This document shows positions 14,001 through 33,800 of a stretch of DNA of 64,000 nucleotides, in pieces. Source of the stretch: Eledone cirrhosa (taxonomy: Eukaryota); the NCBI GenBank assembly GCA_964016885.1, contig OZ024744.1:69254001-69318000 (forward strand), read 5' to 3'. Every line of letters begins with the position of its first letter. The stretch's first letter is position 1. The notes beneath the pieces are model-generated. The model was given only the letters and a program-made list of their open reading frames with translations, did no database searches and was not told where the DNA came from. A program made the translations under genes and the position numbers.

Positions 14001-17000
14001 ACACAGACATACACTTGCATAGACATACACTGACATACACTGACATAGACATACACTGACACATACATACACTGACATAGACATACACTGACACAGACAA
14101 ACACTGACACAGACATACACTGACACATACATACACTGACATAGACATACACAGACTCAGACATACACTGACATAGACATACACTGACATAGACATACAC
14201 TGACACAGACATACACTGGCATAGACATACACTGTCACATACATACACTGACATAGATATACACTGACGCAGACATACACTGACACAGATATACACTGAC
14301 ATAGACATACACAGACTCAGACATACACTGACATAGACATACACAGACTCAGACATACACTGACACAGACATACACTGACATAGACATACACATACTCAG
14401 ACATACACTGACACAGACATACACTGACACAGACATACACTGACATAGACATACACAGACTCAGACATACACTGACACAGACATACACTGTCATAGACAT
14501 ACACAGACTCAGACATACACTGACATAGACATACACTGACATAGACATACACTGACACAGACATACACTGTCATAGACATACACTGTCACATACATACAC
14601 TTACATAGACATACACAGACTCAGACATACACTGACATAGACATACACTGACATAGACATACACTGACACAGACATACACTGACATAGACATACACTGAC
14701 ACAGACATACACAGACTCAGACATACACTGATATAGACATACACTGACACAGACATACACTGACATAGACATATACTGGCATAGACATACACAGACACAG
14801 ACATACACTGACATAGACATACACTGACACAGACATACACTGACATAGACATACACTGACACAGACATACACTGACATAGACATACACAGACTCAGACAT
14901 ACACTGACACAGACATACAGTGACACAGACATACACTGGCATAGGCATACACTGACACAGACATACACTGACATAGACATACACTGACACAGACATACAC
15001 TGACATAGACATACACAGACTCAGACATACACTGACACAGACATACACTGGCATAGACATACACTGACACAGACATACACTGACATAGACATACACTGAC
15101 ACAGACATACACTGACATAGACATACACAGACTCAGACATTCATGGGCATAGACATACACAGACTCAGACATACACAGACTCAGACATACACTGACATAG
15201 ACATACACTGACACAGACATACACTGGCATAGACATACACTGACACAGACATACACTGGCATAGACATACACTGACACAGACATACACTGATATAGACAT
15301 ACACAGACTCAGACATACACTGACAGAGACATACACTGACACAGACATACACTGACATAGACATACACTGACATAGACATACACAGACTCAGACATACAC
15401 TGACATAGACATACACTGACATAGACATACACAGAGTCAGACATACACAGACATACACTGACATATACATACACAGACTAAGACATACACTGACACAGAC
15501 ATACACTGACATAGACATACACAGACATAGATATACACTGGCATAGACATACACTGACACAGACATAACACTGACACAGACATACACTGACACAACATAC
15601 ACTGTCACATACATACGCTGACATAGACATACACAGTCACTGACATACACTGACACAGACATACACTGACATAGACATGAACATAATCAGACATACACTG
15701 ACATAGATATACACTGACACAGACATACACTGACATAGACATACACAGACTCAGACATACACTGACATAGACATACACAGACATAGATATACACTGACAT
15801 AGACATACACTGGCAGAGACATACACTGACTCAGACATACACAGACACAGACATACACTGACACAGACATACACTGACACAGACATACACTGATAAAGAC
15901 ATACACTGACACAGACATACACTGACAGAGACATACACTGACATAGACATACACTGACATAGACATACACTGACACAGACATACACTGTCACATACATAC
16001 ACTGACACAGACATACACTGACATAGACATACACTGACACAGACATACACTGGCATAGACATACACTGACACAGACATACACTGACATAGACATACACTG
16101 ACATAGACATACACAGACTCAGACATACACAGACACAGTCATACACTGACACAGACATACACTGACATAGAGATACACAGACTCAGACATACACTGACAT
16201 AGACATACACAGACTCAGACATACACTGACACAGACATACACTGACATAGACATACACAGACACAGACATACAAAGACATACACAGACATAGATATACAC
16301 TGACACAGACATACACTGACATAAACATACACTGACATAGACATACACTGACACAGACATACACTGACATAGACATACACTGACATAGACATACACAGAC
16401 ATAGATATACACTGACACAGACATACACTGACATAGACATACACAGACTCAGACATACACTGACATAGACATACACTGACACAGACATACACTGATATAG
16501 ACATACACAGACTCAGACATACACTGACAGAGACATACACTGACACAGACATACACTGACATAGACATACACCGACATAGACATACAAAGAGTCAGACAT
16601 ACACTGACATAGACATACACAGACATAGATATACACTGGCATAGACATACACTGACACAGACATAACACTGACACAGACATACACTGACACAACATATAC
16701 TGTCACATACATACACTGACATAGACATACACAGACACTGACATACACTGACACAGACATACACTGACATAGACATACACAGACTCAGACATACACTGAC
16801 ATAGACATACACTGTCATAGACATACACAGACTCAGACATACACAGATATACACTGACATATACATACACAGACTAAGACATACACTGACACAGACATAC
16901 ACTGACATAGACATACACAGACTCAGACATACACTGACATAGACATACACTGACATAGACATACACTGGCATAGACATACACTGACACATACGTACACTG

Positions 17001-20000
17001 ACACAGACATACACTGACATAGACATAAACTGACATAGACATACACAGACACAGACATACACTGACACAGACATACACATACTCAGACATACACAGACAC
17101 AGACATACACTGACACAGACATACACTGACACAGACATACACTGACATAGACATACACTGACACAGACGTACACTGACATAGACATACACTGACATAGAC
17201 ATACACAGATTCAGACATACACTGACATAGACATACACAGACTCAGACATACACTGACATAGACATACACTGACATAGACATACACAGACTCATCATACA
17301 CAGACATACACTGACATAGACATACACAGACTCAGACATACACTGACATAGACATACACTGACATAGACATACACTGGCATAGACATACACTGACACATA
17401 CGTACACTGACACAGACATACACTGACATAGACATAAACTGACATAGACATACACAGACACAGACATACACTGACACAGACATACACATACTCAGACATA
17501 CACAGACACAGACATACACTGACACAGACATACACTGACACAGACATACACTGACATAGACATACACTGACACAGACATACACTGACATAGACATACACT
17601 GACATAGACATACACAGACTCAGACATACACTGACATAGACATACACAGACTCAGACATACACTGACACAGACATACACTGACATAGACATACACAGACT
17701 CAGACATACAAAGACATACACAGACATAGATATACACTGACACAGACATACACTGACATAAACATACACTGACATGGACATACACTGACACAGACATACA
17801 CTGACATAGACATACACTGACATAGACATACACAGACATAGATATACACTGACACAGACTTACACTGACACAGACATACACTGACACAGACATACGCTGA
17901 CACAGACATACACTGACTCAGACATACACAGACTCAGACATACACAGACTCAGACATACACTGACACAGAGATACACTGATACAGACATACACTAGCACA
18001 GACATACACTGACATAGACATACACTGACACATACATACACTGACACAGACATACACTGATACAGCCATACACTGACACAGACATACACTGACTCAGACA
18101 TACACAGACTCAGACATACACAGACTCAGACATACACTGACACAGACATACACTGACACAGACATACACTGACTCAGACATACATTGACACAGACATACA
18201 CTAACATAGACATACACTGACATAGACATACACAGACTCAGACATACACAGACATACACGGACATAGACATACACCGACATAGACATACACAGAGTCAGA
18301 CATACACTGACATAGACATACACAGACATAGATATACACTGACATAGACATACACTGACACAGACATACACTGTCACATACATACACTGACACAGACATA
18401 CACTGACATAGACATACACTGACACAGACATACACTGGCATAGACATACACTGACACAGACATACACTGACATAGACATACACTGACATAGACATACACA
18501 GACTCAGACATACACAGACACAGACATACACTGACACAGACATAATCTGACATAGACATACACAGACTCAGACATACACTGACATAGGCATACACAGACT
18601 CAGACATACACTGACATAGACATACACTGACATAGACATACACAGACTCAGACATACACTGACATAGACATACACTGACATAGACATACACAGAGTCAGA
18701 CATACACAGACATACACTGACATATACATACACAGACTAAGACATACACTGACACAGACATACACTGACATAGACATACACAGACATAGATATACACTGG
18801 CATAGACATACACTGACACAGACATAACACTGACACAGACATACACTGACACAACATACACTGTCACATACATACGCTGACATAGACATACACAGACACT
18901 GACATACACTGACACAGACATACACTGACATAGACATGTACATAATCAGACATACACTGACATAGATATACACTGACACAGACATACACTGACATAGACA
19001 TACACAGACTCAGACATACACTGACATAGACATACACAGACATAGATATACACTGACAAAGACATACACTGGCAGAGACATACACTGACTCAGACATACA
19101 CAGACACAGACATACACTGACACAGACATACACTGACACAGACATACACTGATACAGACATACACTGACACAGACATACACTGACAGAGACATACACTGA
19201 CATAGACATACACTGACATAGACATACACTGACACAGACATACACTGTCACATACATACACTGACACAGACATACACTGACATAGACATACACTGACACA
19301 GACATACACTGGCATAGACATACACTGACACAGACATACACTGACATAGACATACACTGACATAGACATACACAGACTCAGACATACACAGACACAGTCA
19401 TACACTGACACAGACATACACTGACATAGACATACACAGACTCAGACATACACTGACATAGACATACACAGACTCAGACATACACTGACACAGACATACA
19501 CTGACATAGACATACACAGACACAGACATACAAAGACATACACAGACATAGATATACACTGACACAGACATACACTGACATAAACATACACTGACATAGA
19601 CATACACTGACACAGACATACACTGACATAGACATACACTGACATAGACATACACAGACATAGATATACACTGACACAGACATACACTGACATAGACATA
19701 CACAGACTCAGACATACACTGACATAGACATACACTGACACAGACATACACTGGCATCGGTATACACTGACACAGACATACACTGATATAGACATACACA
19801 GACTCAGACATACACTGACAGAGACATACACTGACACAGACATACACTGACATAGACATACACCGACATAGACATACAAAGAGTCAGACATACACTGACA
19901 TAGACATACACAGACATAGATATACACTGGCATAGACATACACTGACACAGACATAACACTGACACAGACATACACTGACACAACATACACTGTCACATA

Positions 20001-21845
20001 CATACACTGACATAGACATACACAGACACTGACATACACTGACACAGACATACACTGACATAGACATACACAGACTCAGACATACACTGACATAGACATA
20101 CACTGACATAGACATACACAGACTCAGACATACACAGATATACACTGACATATACATACACAGACTAAGACATACACTGACACAGACATACACTGACATA
20201 GACATACACAGACTCAGACATACACTGACATAGACATACACTGACATAGACATACACTGGCATAGACATACACTGACACATACGTACACTGACACAGACA
20301 TACACTGACATAGACATAAACTGACATAGACATACACAGACACAGACATACACTGACACAGACATACACATACTCAGACATACACAGACACAGACATACA
20401 CTGACACAGACATACACTGACACAGACATACACTGACACAGACATACACTGACATAGACATACACTGACATAGACATACACAGACTCAGACATACACTGA
20501 CATAGACATACACAGACTCAGACATACACTGACATAGACATACACTGACATAGACATACACAGACTCAGACATACACAGATATACACTGACATATACATA
20601 CACAGACTAAGACATACACTGACACAGACATACACTGACATAGACATACACAGACATAGATGTACACTGACACAGACATACACTGACATAGACATACACT
20701 GGCATAGACATACACTGACACATACGTACACTGACACAGACATACACTGACATAGACATAAAATGACATAGACATACACAGACACAGACATACACTTACA
20801 CAGACATACACATACTCAGACATACACAGACACAGATATACACTGACACAGACATACACTGACACAGACATACACTGACATAGACATGCACTGACACAGA
20901 CATACACTGACATAGACATACACTGACATAGACATACACAGACTCAGACATACACTGACATAGACATACACAGACTCAGACATACACTGACACAGACATA
21001 CACTGACATAGACATACACAGACTCAGACATACAAAGACATACACAGACATAGATATACACTGACACAGACATACACTGACATAAACATACACTGACATG
21101 GACATACACTGACACAGACATACACTGACATAGACATACACTGACATAGACATACACAGACATAGATATACACTGACACAGACTTATACTGACACAGACA
21201 TACACTGACACAGACATACGCTGACACAGACATACACTGACTCAGACATACACAGACTCAGACATACACAGACTCAGACATACACTGACACAGAGATACA
21301 CTGATACAGACATACACTAGCACAGACATACACTGACATAGACATACACTGACACATACATACACTGACACAGACATACACTGATACAGCCATACACTGA
21401 CACAGACATACACTGACTCAGACATACACAGACTCAGACATACACAGACTCAGACATACACTGACACAGACATACACTGACTCAGACATACATTGACACA
21501 GACATACACTGACATAGACATACACTGACATAGACATACACAGACTCAGACATACACAGACATACACGGACATAGACATACACTGACATAGACATACACA
21601 GACATAGATATACACTGACACAGACATACACTGACATAGACATACACAGACTCAGACATACACTGACATAGACATACACTGACACAGACATACACTGGCA
21701 TCGGTATACACTGACACAGACATACACTGATATAGACATACACAGACTCAGACATACACTGACAGAGACATACACTGACACAGACATACACTGACATAGA
21801 CATACACCGACATAGACATACAAAGAGTCAGACATACACTGACAT
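5090..21845. repeat. Higher-order tandem duplication, period 8401 bp (junction ~13490)
   Basis: Matching ORF-track entries offset by 8401 (5522/13923, 5584/13985, 7204/15605, 8810/17211), dropping to 8353 after a 48-bp deletion near 20690 (12671/21024). Boundaries approximate. Confidence 0.88.
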
Positions 21846-24800
21846 AGACATACACAGACATAGATATACACTGGCATAGACATACACTGACACAGACATA
21901 ACACTGACACAGACATACACTGACACAACATACACTGTCACATACATACACTGACATAGACATACACAGACACTGACATACACTGACACAGACATACACT
22001 GACATAGACATACACAGACTCAGACATACACTGACATAGACATACACTGACATAGACATACACAGACTCAGACATACACAGATATACACTGACATATACA
22101 TACACAGACTAAGACATACACTGACACAGACATACACTGACATAGACATACACAGACTCAGACATACACTGACATAGACATACACTGACATAGACATACA
22201 CTGGCATAGACATACACTGACACATACGTACACTGACACAGACATACACTGACATAGACATAAACTGACATAGACATACACAGACACAGACATACACTGA
22301 CACAGACATACACATACTCAGACATACACAGACACAGACATACACTGACACAGACATACACTGACACAGACATACACTGACATAGACATACACTGACACA
22401 GACATACACTGACATAGACATACACTGACATAGACATACACAGACTCAGACATACACAGACTCAGACATACACTGATATAGACATACACTGACACAGACA
22501 TACACTGACATAGACATATACTGGCATAGACATACACAGACACAGACATACACTGACATAGACATACACTGACACAGACATACACTGACATAGACATACA
22601 CTGACACAGACATACACAGACTCAGACATACACTGATATAGACATACACTGACACAGACATACACTGACATAGACATATACTGGCATAGACATACACAGA
22701 CACAGACATACACTGACATAGACATACACTGACACAGACATACACTGACATAGACATACACTGACACAGACATACACTGACATAGACATACACAGACTCA
22801 GACATACACTGACACAGACATACAGTGACACAGACATACACTGGCATAGGCATACACTGACACAGACATACACTGACATAGACATACACTGACACAGACA
22901 TACACTGACATAGACATACACAGACTCAGACATACACTGACACAGACATACACTTGCATAGACATACACTGACACAGACATACACTGACATAGACATACA
23001 CTGACACAGACATACACTGACATAGACATACACAGACTCAGACATTCATGGGCATAGACATACACAGACTCAGACATACACAGACTCAGACATACACTGA
23101 CATAGACATACACTGACACAGACATACACTGGCATAGACATACACTGACACAGACATACACTGGCATAGACATACACTGACACAGACATACACTGATATA
23201 GACATACACAGACTCAGACATACACTGACAGAGACATACACTGACACAGACATACACTGACATAGACATACACTGACATAGACATACACAGACTCAGACA
23301 TACACTGACATAGACATACACTGACATAGACATACACAGAGTCAGACATACACAGACATACACTGACATATACATACACAGACTAAGACATACACTGACA
23401 CAGACATACACTGACATAGACATACACAGACATAGATATACACTGGCATAGACATACACTGACACAGACATAACACTGACACAGACATACACTGACACAA
23501 CATACACTGTCACATACATACGCTGACATAGACATACACAGTCACTGACATACACTGACACAGACATACACTGACATAGACATGAACATAATCAGACATA
23601 CACTGACATAGATATACACTGACACAGACATACACTGACATAGACATACACAGACTCAGACATACACTGACATAGACATACACAGACATAGATATACACT
23701 GACATAGACATACACTGGCAGAGACATACACTGACTCAGACATACACAGACACAGACATACACTGACACAGACATACACTGACACAGACATACACTGATA
23801 AAGACATACACTGACACAGACATACACTGACAGAGACATACACTGACATAGACATACACTGACATAGACATACACTGACACAGACATACACTGTCACATA
23901 CATACACTGACACAGACATACACTGACATAGACATACACTGACACAGACATACACTGCCATAGACATACACTGACACAGACATACACTGACATAGACATA
24001 CACTGACATAGACATACACAGACTCAGACATACACAGACACAGTCATACACTGACACAGACATACACTGACATAGACATACACAGACTCAGACATACACT
24101 GACATAGACATACACAGACTCAGACATACAGTGACACAGACATACACTGACATAGACATACACAGACACAGACATACAAAGACCTACACAGACATAGATA
24201 TACACTGACACAGACATACACTGACATAAACATACACTGACATAGACATACACTGACACAGACATACACTGACATAGACATACACTGACATAGACATACA
24301 CAGACATAGATATACACTGACACAGACATACACTGACATAGACATACACAGACTCAGACATACACTGACATAGACATACACTGACACAGACATACACTGA
24401 TATAGACATACACAGACTCAGAATACACTGACAGAGACATACACTGACACAGACATACACTGACATAGACATACACCGACATAGACATACAAAGAGTCAG
24501 ACATACACTGACACAGACATACACAGACATAGATATACACTGGCATAGACATACACTGACACAGACATAACACTGACACAGACATACACTGACACAACAT
24601 ATACTGTCACATACATACACTGACATAGACATACACAGACACTGACATACACTGACACAGACATACACTGACATAGACATACACAGACTCAGACATACAC
24701 TGACATAGACATACACTGTCATAGACATACACAGACTCAGACATACACAGATATACACTGACATATACATACACAGACTAAGACATACACTGACACAGAC

Positions 24801-27800
24801 ATACACTGACATAGACATACACAGACTCAGACATACACTGACATAGACATACACTGACATAGACATACACTGGCATAGACATACACTGACACATACGTAC
24901 ACTGACACAGACATACACTGACATAGACATAAACTGACATAGACATACACAGACACAGACATACACTGACACAGACATACACATACTCAGACATACACAG
25001 ACACAGACATACACTGACACAGACATACACTGACACAGACATACACATACTCAGACATACACAGACACAGATATACACTGACACAGACATACACTGACAC
25101 AGACATACACTGACATAGACATGCACTGACACAGACATACACTGACATAGACATACACTGACATAGACATACACAGACTCAGACATACACTGACATAGAC
25201 ATACACAGACTCAGACATACACTGACACAGACATACACTGACATAGACATACACAGACTCAGACATACAAAGACATACACAGACATAGATATACACTGAC
25301 ACAGACATACACTGACATAAACATACACTGACATGGACATACACTGACACAGACATACACTGACATAGACATACACTGACATAGACATACACAGACATAG
25401 ATATACACTGACACAGACTTACACTGACACAGACATACACTGACACAGACATACGCTGACACAGACATACACTGACTCAGACATACACAGACTCAGACAT
25501 ACACAGACTCAGACATACACTGACACAGAGATACACTGATACAGACATACACTAGCACAGACATACACTGACATAGACATACACTGACACATACATACAC
25601 TGACACAGACATACACTGATACAGCCATACACTGACACAGACATACACTGACTCAGACATACACAGACTCAGACATACACAGACTCAGACATACACTGAC
25701 ACAGACATACACTGACTCAGACATACATTGACACAGACATACACTGACATAGACATACACTGACATAGACATACACAGACTCAGACATACACAGACATAC
25801 ACGGACATAGACATACACTGACATAGACATACACAGACATAGATATACACTGACACAGACATACACTGACATAGACATACACAGACTCAGACATACACTG
25901 ACATAGACATACACTGACACAGACATACACTGGCATCGGTATACACTGACACAGACATACACTGATATAGACATACACAGACTCAGACATACACTGACAG
26001 AGACATACACTGACACAGACATACACTGACATAGACATACACCGACATAGACATACAAAGAGTCAGACATACACTGACATAGACATACACAGACATAGAT
26101 ATACACTGGCATAGACATACACTGACACAGACATAACACTGACACAGACATACACTGACACAACATACACTGTCACATACATACACTGACATAGACATAC
26201 ACAGACACTGACATACACTGACACAGACATACACTGACATAGACATACACAGACTCAGACATACACTGACATAGACATACACTGACATAGACATACACAG
26301 ACTCAGACATACACAGATATACACTGACATATACATACACAGACTAAGACATACACTGACACAGACATACACTGACATAGACATACACAGACTCAGACAT
26401 ACACTGACATAGACATACACTGACATAGACATACACTGGCATAGACATACACTGACACATACGTACACTGACACAGACATACACTGACATAGACATAAAC
26501 TGACATAGACATACACAGACACAGACATACACTGACACAGACATACACATACTCAGACATACACAGACACAGACATACACTGACACAGACATACACTGAC
26601 ACAGACATACACTGACATAGACATACACTGACACAGACATACACTGACATAGACATACACTGACATAGACATACACAGACTCAGACATACACAGACTCAG
26701 ACATACACTGATATAGACATACACTGACACAGACATACACTGACATAGACATATACTGGCATAGACATACACAGACACAGACATACACTGACATAGACAT
26801 ACACTGACACAGACATACACTGACATAGACATACACTGACACAGACATACACAGACTCAGACATACACTGATATAGACATACACTGACACAGACATACAC
26901 TGACATAGACATATACTGGCATAGACATACACAGACACAGACATACACTGACATAGACATACACTGACACAGACATACACTGACATAGACATACACTGAC
27001 ACAGACATACACTGACATAGACATACACAGACTCAGACATACACTGACACAGACATACAGTGACACAGACATACACTGGCATAGGCATACACTGACACAG
27101 ACATACACTGACATAGACATACACTGACACAGACATACACTGACATAGACATACACAGACTCAGACATACACTGACACAGACATACACTGGCATAGACAT
27201 ACACTGACACAGACATACACTGACATAGACATACACTGACACAGACATACACTGACATAGACATACACAGACTCAGACATTCATGGGCATAGACATACAC
27301 AGACTCAGACATACACAGACTCAGACATACACTGACATAGACATACACTGACACAGACATACACTGGCATAGACATACACTGACACAGACATACACTGGC
27401 ATAGACATACACTGACACAGACATACACTGATATAGACATACACAGACTCAGACATACACTGACAGAGACATACACTGACACAGACATACACTGACATAG
27501 ACATACACTGACATAGACATACACAGACTCAGACATACACTGACATAGACATACACTGACATAGACATACACAGAGTCAGACATACACAGACATACACTG
27601 ACATATACATACACAGACTAAGACATACACTGACACAGACATACACTGACATAGACATACACAGACATAGATATACACTGGCATAGACATACACTGACAC
27701 AGACATAACACTGACACAGACATACACTGACACAACATACACTGTCACATACATACGCTGACATAGACATACACAGTCACTGACATACACTGACACAGAC

Positions 27801-30800
27801 ATACACTGACATAGACATGAACATAATCAGACATACACTGACATAGATATACACTGACACAGACATACACTGACATAGACATACACAGACTCAGACATAC
27901 ACTGACATAGACATACACAGACATAGATATACACTGACATAGACATACACTGGCAGAGACATACACTGACTCAGACATACACAGACACAGACATACACTG
28001 ACACAGACATACACTGACACAGACATACACTGATAAAGACATACACTGACACAGACATACACTGACAGAGACATACACTGACATAGACATACACTGACAT
28101 AGACATACACTGACACAGACATACACTGTCACATACATACACTGACACAGACATACACTGACATAGACATACACTGACACAGACATACACTGCCATAGAC
28201 ATACACTGACACAGACATACACTGACATAGACATACACTGACATAGACATACACAGACTCAGACATACACAGACACAGTCATACACTGACACAGACATAC
28301 ACTGACATAGACATACACAGACTCAGACATACACTGACATAGACATACACAGACTCAGACATACAGTGACACAGACATACACTGACATAGACATACACTG
28401 ACATAGAGATACACAGACTCAGACATACACTGACATAGACATACACAGACTCAGACATACACTGACACAGACATACACTGACATAGACATACACAGACAC
28501 AGACATACAAAGACATACACAGACATAGATATACACTGACACAGACATACACTGACATAAACATACACTGACATAGACATACACTGACACAGACATACAC
28601 TGACATAGACATACACTGACATAGACATACACAGACATAGATATACACTGACACAGACATACACTGACATAGACATACACAGACTCAGACATACACTGAC
28701 ATAGACATACACTGACACAGACATACACTGATATAGACATACACAGACTCAGACATACACTGACAGAGACATACACTGACACAGACATACACTGACATAG
28801 ACATACACCGACATAGACATACAAAGAGTCAGACATACACTGACATAGACATACACAGACATAGATATACACTGGCATAGACATACACTGACACAGACAT
28901 AACACTGACACAGACATACACTGACACAACATATACTGTCACATACATACACTGACATAGACATACACAGACACTGACATACACTGACACAGACATACAC
29001 TGACATAGACATACACAGACTCAGACATACACTGACATAGACATACACTGTCATAGACATACACAGACTCAGACATACACAGATATACACTGACATATAC
29101 ATACACAGACTAAGACATACACTGACACAGACATACACTGACATAGACATACACAGACTCAGACATACACTGACATAGACATACACTGACATAGACATAC
29201 ACTGGCATAGACATACACTGACACATACGTACACTGACACAGACATACACTGACATAGACATAAACTGACATAGACATACACAGACACAGACATACACTG
29301 ACACAGACATACACATACTCAGACATACACAGACACAGACATACACTGACACAGACATACACTGACACAGACATACACTGACATAGACATACACTGACAC
29401 AGACGTACACTGACATAGACATACACTGACATAGACATACACAGATTCAGACATACACTGACATAGACATACACAGACTCAGACATACACTGACATAGAC
29501 ATACACTGACATAGACATACACAGACTCATCATACACAGACATACACTGAAATAGACATACACAGACTCAGACATACACTGACATAGACATACACTGACA
29601 TAGACATACACTGGCATAGACATACACTGACACATACGTACACTGACACAGACATACACTGACATAGACATAAACTGACATAGACATACACAGACACAGA
29701 CATACACTGACACAGACATACACATACTCAGACATACACAGACACAGACATACACTGACACAGACATACACTGACACAGACATACACTGACATAGACATA
29801 CACTGACACAGACATACACTGACATAGACATACACTGACATAGACATACACAGACTCAGACATACACTGACATAGACATACACAGACTCAGACATACACT
29901 GACACAGACATACACTGACATAGACATACACAGACTCAGACATACAAAGACATACACAGACATAGATATACACTGACACAGACATACACTGACATAAACA
30001 TACACTGACATGGACATACACTGACACAGACATACACTGACATAGACATACACTGACATAGACATACACAGACATAGATATACACTGACACAGACTTACA
30101 CTGACACAGACATACACTGACACAGACATACGCTGACACAGACATACACTGACTCAGACATACACAGACTCAGACATACACAGACTCAGACATACACTGA
30201 CACAGAGATACACTGATACAGACATACACTAGCACAGACATACACTGACATAGACATACACTGACACATACATACACTGACACAGACATACACTGATACA
30301 GCCATACACTGACACAGACATACACTGACTCAGACATACACAGACTCAGACATACACAGACTCAGACATACACTGACACAGACATACACTGACACAGACA
30401 TACACTGACTCAGACATACATTGACACAGACATACACTAACATAGACATACACTGACATAGACATACACAGACTCAGACATACACAGACATACACGGACA
30501 TAGACATACACCGACATAGACATACACAGAGTCAGACATACACTGACATAGACATACACAGACATAGATATACACTGACATAGACATACACTGACACAGA
30601 CATACACTGTCACATACATACACTGACACAGACATACACTGACATAGACATACACTGACACAGACATACACTGGCATAGACATACACTGACACAGACATA
30701 CACTGACATAGACATACACTGACATAGACATACACAGACTCAGACATACACAGACACAGACATACACTGACACAGACATAATCTGACATAGACATACACA

Positions 30801-33800
30801 GACTCAGACATACACTGACATAGGCATACACAGACTCAGACATACACTGACATAGACATACACTGACATAGACATACACAGACTCAGACATACACTGACA
30901 TAGACATACACTGACATAGACATACACAGAGTCAGACATACACAGACATACACTGACATATACATACACAGACTAAGACATACACTGACACAGACATACA
31001 CTGACATAGACATACACAGACATAGATATACACTGGCATAGACATACACTGACACAGACATAACACTGACACAGACATACACTGACACAACATACACTGT
31101 CACATACATACGCTGACATAGACATACACAGACACTGACATACACTGACACAGACATACACTGACATAGACATGTACATAATCAGACATACACTGACATA
31201 GATATACACTGACACAGACATACACTGACATAGACATACACAGACTCAGACATACACTGACATAGACATACACAGACATAGATATACACTGACAAAGACA
31301 TACACTGGCAGAGACATACACTGACTCAGACATACACAGACACAGACATACACTGACACAGACATACACTGACACAGACATACACTGATACAGACATACA
31401 CTGACACAGACATACACTGACAGAGACATACACTGACATAGACATACACTGACATAGACATACACTGACACAGACATACACTGTCACATACATACACTGA
31501 CACAGACATACACTGACATAGACATACACTGACACAGACATACACTGGCATAGACATACACTGACACAGACATACACTGACATAGACATACACTGACATA
31601 GACATACACAGACTCAGACATACACAGACACAGTCATACACTGACACAGACATACACTGACATAGACATACACAGACTCAGACATACACTGACATAGACA
31701 TACACAGACTCAGACATACACTGACACAGACATACACTGACATAGACATACACAGACACAGACATACAAAGACATACACAGACATAGATATACACTGACA
31801 CAGACATACACTGACATAAACATACACTGACATAGACATACACTGACACAGACATACACTGACATAGACATACACTGACATAGACATACACAGACATAGA
31901 TATACACTGACACAGACATACACTGACATAGACATACACAGACTCAGACATACACTGACATAGACATACACTGACACAGACATACACTGGCATCGGTATA
32001 CACTGACACAGACATACACTGATATAGACATACACAGACTCAGACATACACTGACAGAGACATACACTGACACAGACATACACTGACATAGACATACACC
32101 GACATAGACATACAAAGAGTCAGACATACACTGACATAGACATACACAGACATAGATATACACTGGCATAGACATACACTGACACAGACATAACACTGAC
32201 ACAGACATACACTGACACAACATACACTGTCACATACATACACTGACATAGACATACACAGACACTGACATACACTGACACAGACATACACTGACATAGA
32301 CATACACAGACTCAGACATACACTGACATAGACATACACTGACATAGACATACACAGACTCAGACATACACAGATATACACTGACATATACATACACAGA
32401 CTAAGACATACACTGACACAGACATACACTGACATAGACATACACAGACTCAGACATACACTGACATAGACATACACTGACATAGACATACACTGGCATA
32501 GACATACACTGACACATACGTACACTGACACAGACATACACTGACATAGACATAAACTGACATAGACATACACAGACACAGACATACACTGACACAGACA
32601 TACACATACTCAGACATACACAGACACAGACATACACTGACACAGACATACACTGACACAGACATACACTGACACAGACATACACTGACATAGACATACA
32701 CTGACATAGACATACACAGACTCAGACATACACTGACATAGACATACACAGACTCAGACATACACTGACATAGACATACACTGACATAGACATACACAGA
32801 CTCAGACATACACAGATATACACTGACATATACATACACAGACTAAGACATACACTGACACAGACATACACTGACATAGACATACACAGACATAGATGTA
32901 CACTGACACAGACATACACTGACATAGACATACACTGGCATAGACATACACTGACACATACGTACACTGACACAGACATACACTGACATAGACATAAAAT
33001 GACATAGACATACACAGACACAGACATACACTTACACAGACATACACATACTCAGACATACACAGACACAGATATACACTGACACAGACATACACTGACA
33101 CAGACATACACTGACATAGACATGCACTGACACAGACATACACTGACATAGACATACACTGACATAGACATACACAGACTCAGACATACACTGACATAGA
33201 CATACACAGACTCAGACATACACTGACACAGACATACACTGACATAGACATACACAGACTCAGACATACAAAGACATACACAGACATAGATATACACTGA
33301 CACAGACATACACTGACATAAACATACACTGACATGGACATACACTGACACAGACATACACTGACATAGACATACACTGACATAGACATACACAGACATA
33401 GATATACACTGACACAGACTTATACTGACACAGACATACACTGACACAGACATACGCTGACACAGACATACACTGACTCAGACATACACAGACTCAGACA
33501 TACACAGACTCAGACATACACTGACACAGAGATACACTGATACAGACATACACTAGCACAGACATACACTGACATAGACATACACTGACACATACATACA
33601 CTGACACAGACATACACTGATACAGCCATACACTGACACAGACATACACTGACTCAGACATACACAGACTCAGACATACACAGACTCAGACATACACTGA
33701 CACAGACATACACTGACTCAGACATACATTGACACAGACATACACTGACATAGACATACACTGACATAGACATACACAGACTCAGACATACACAGACATA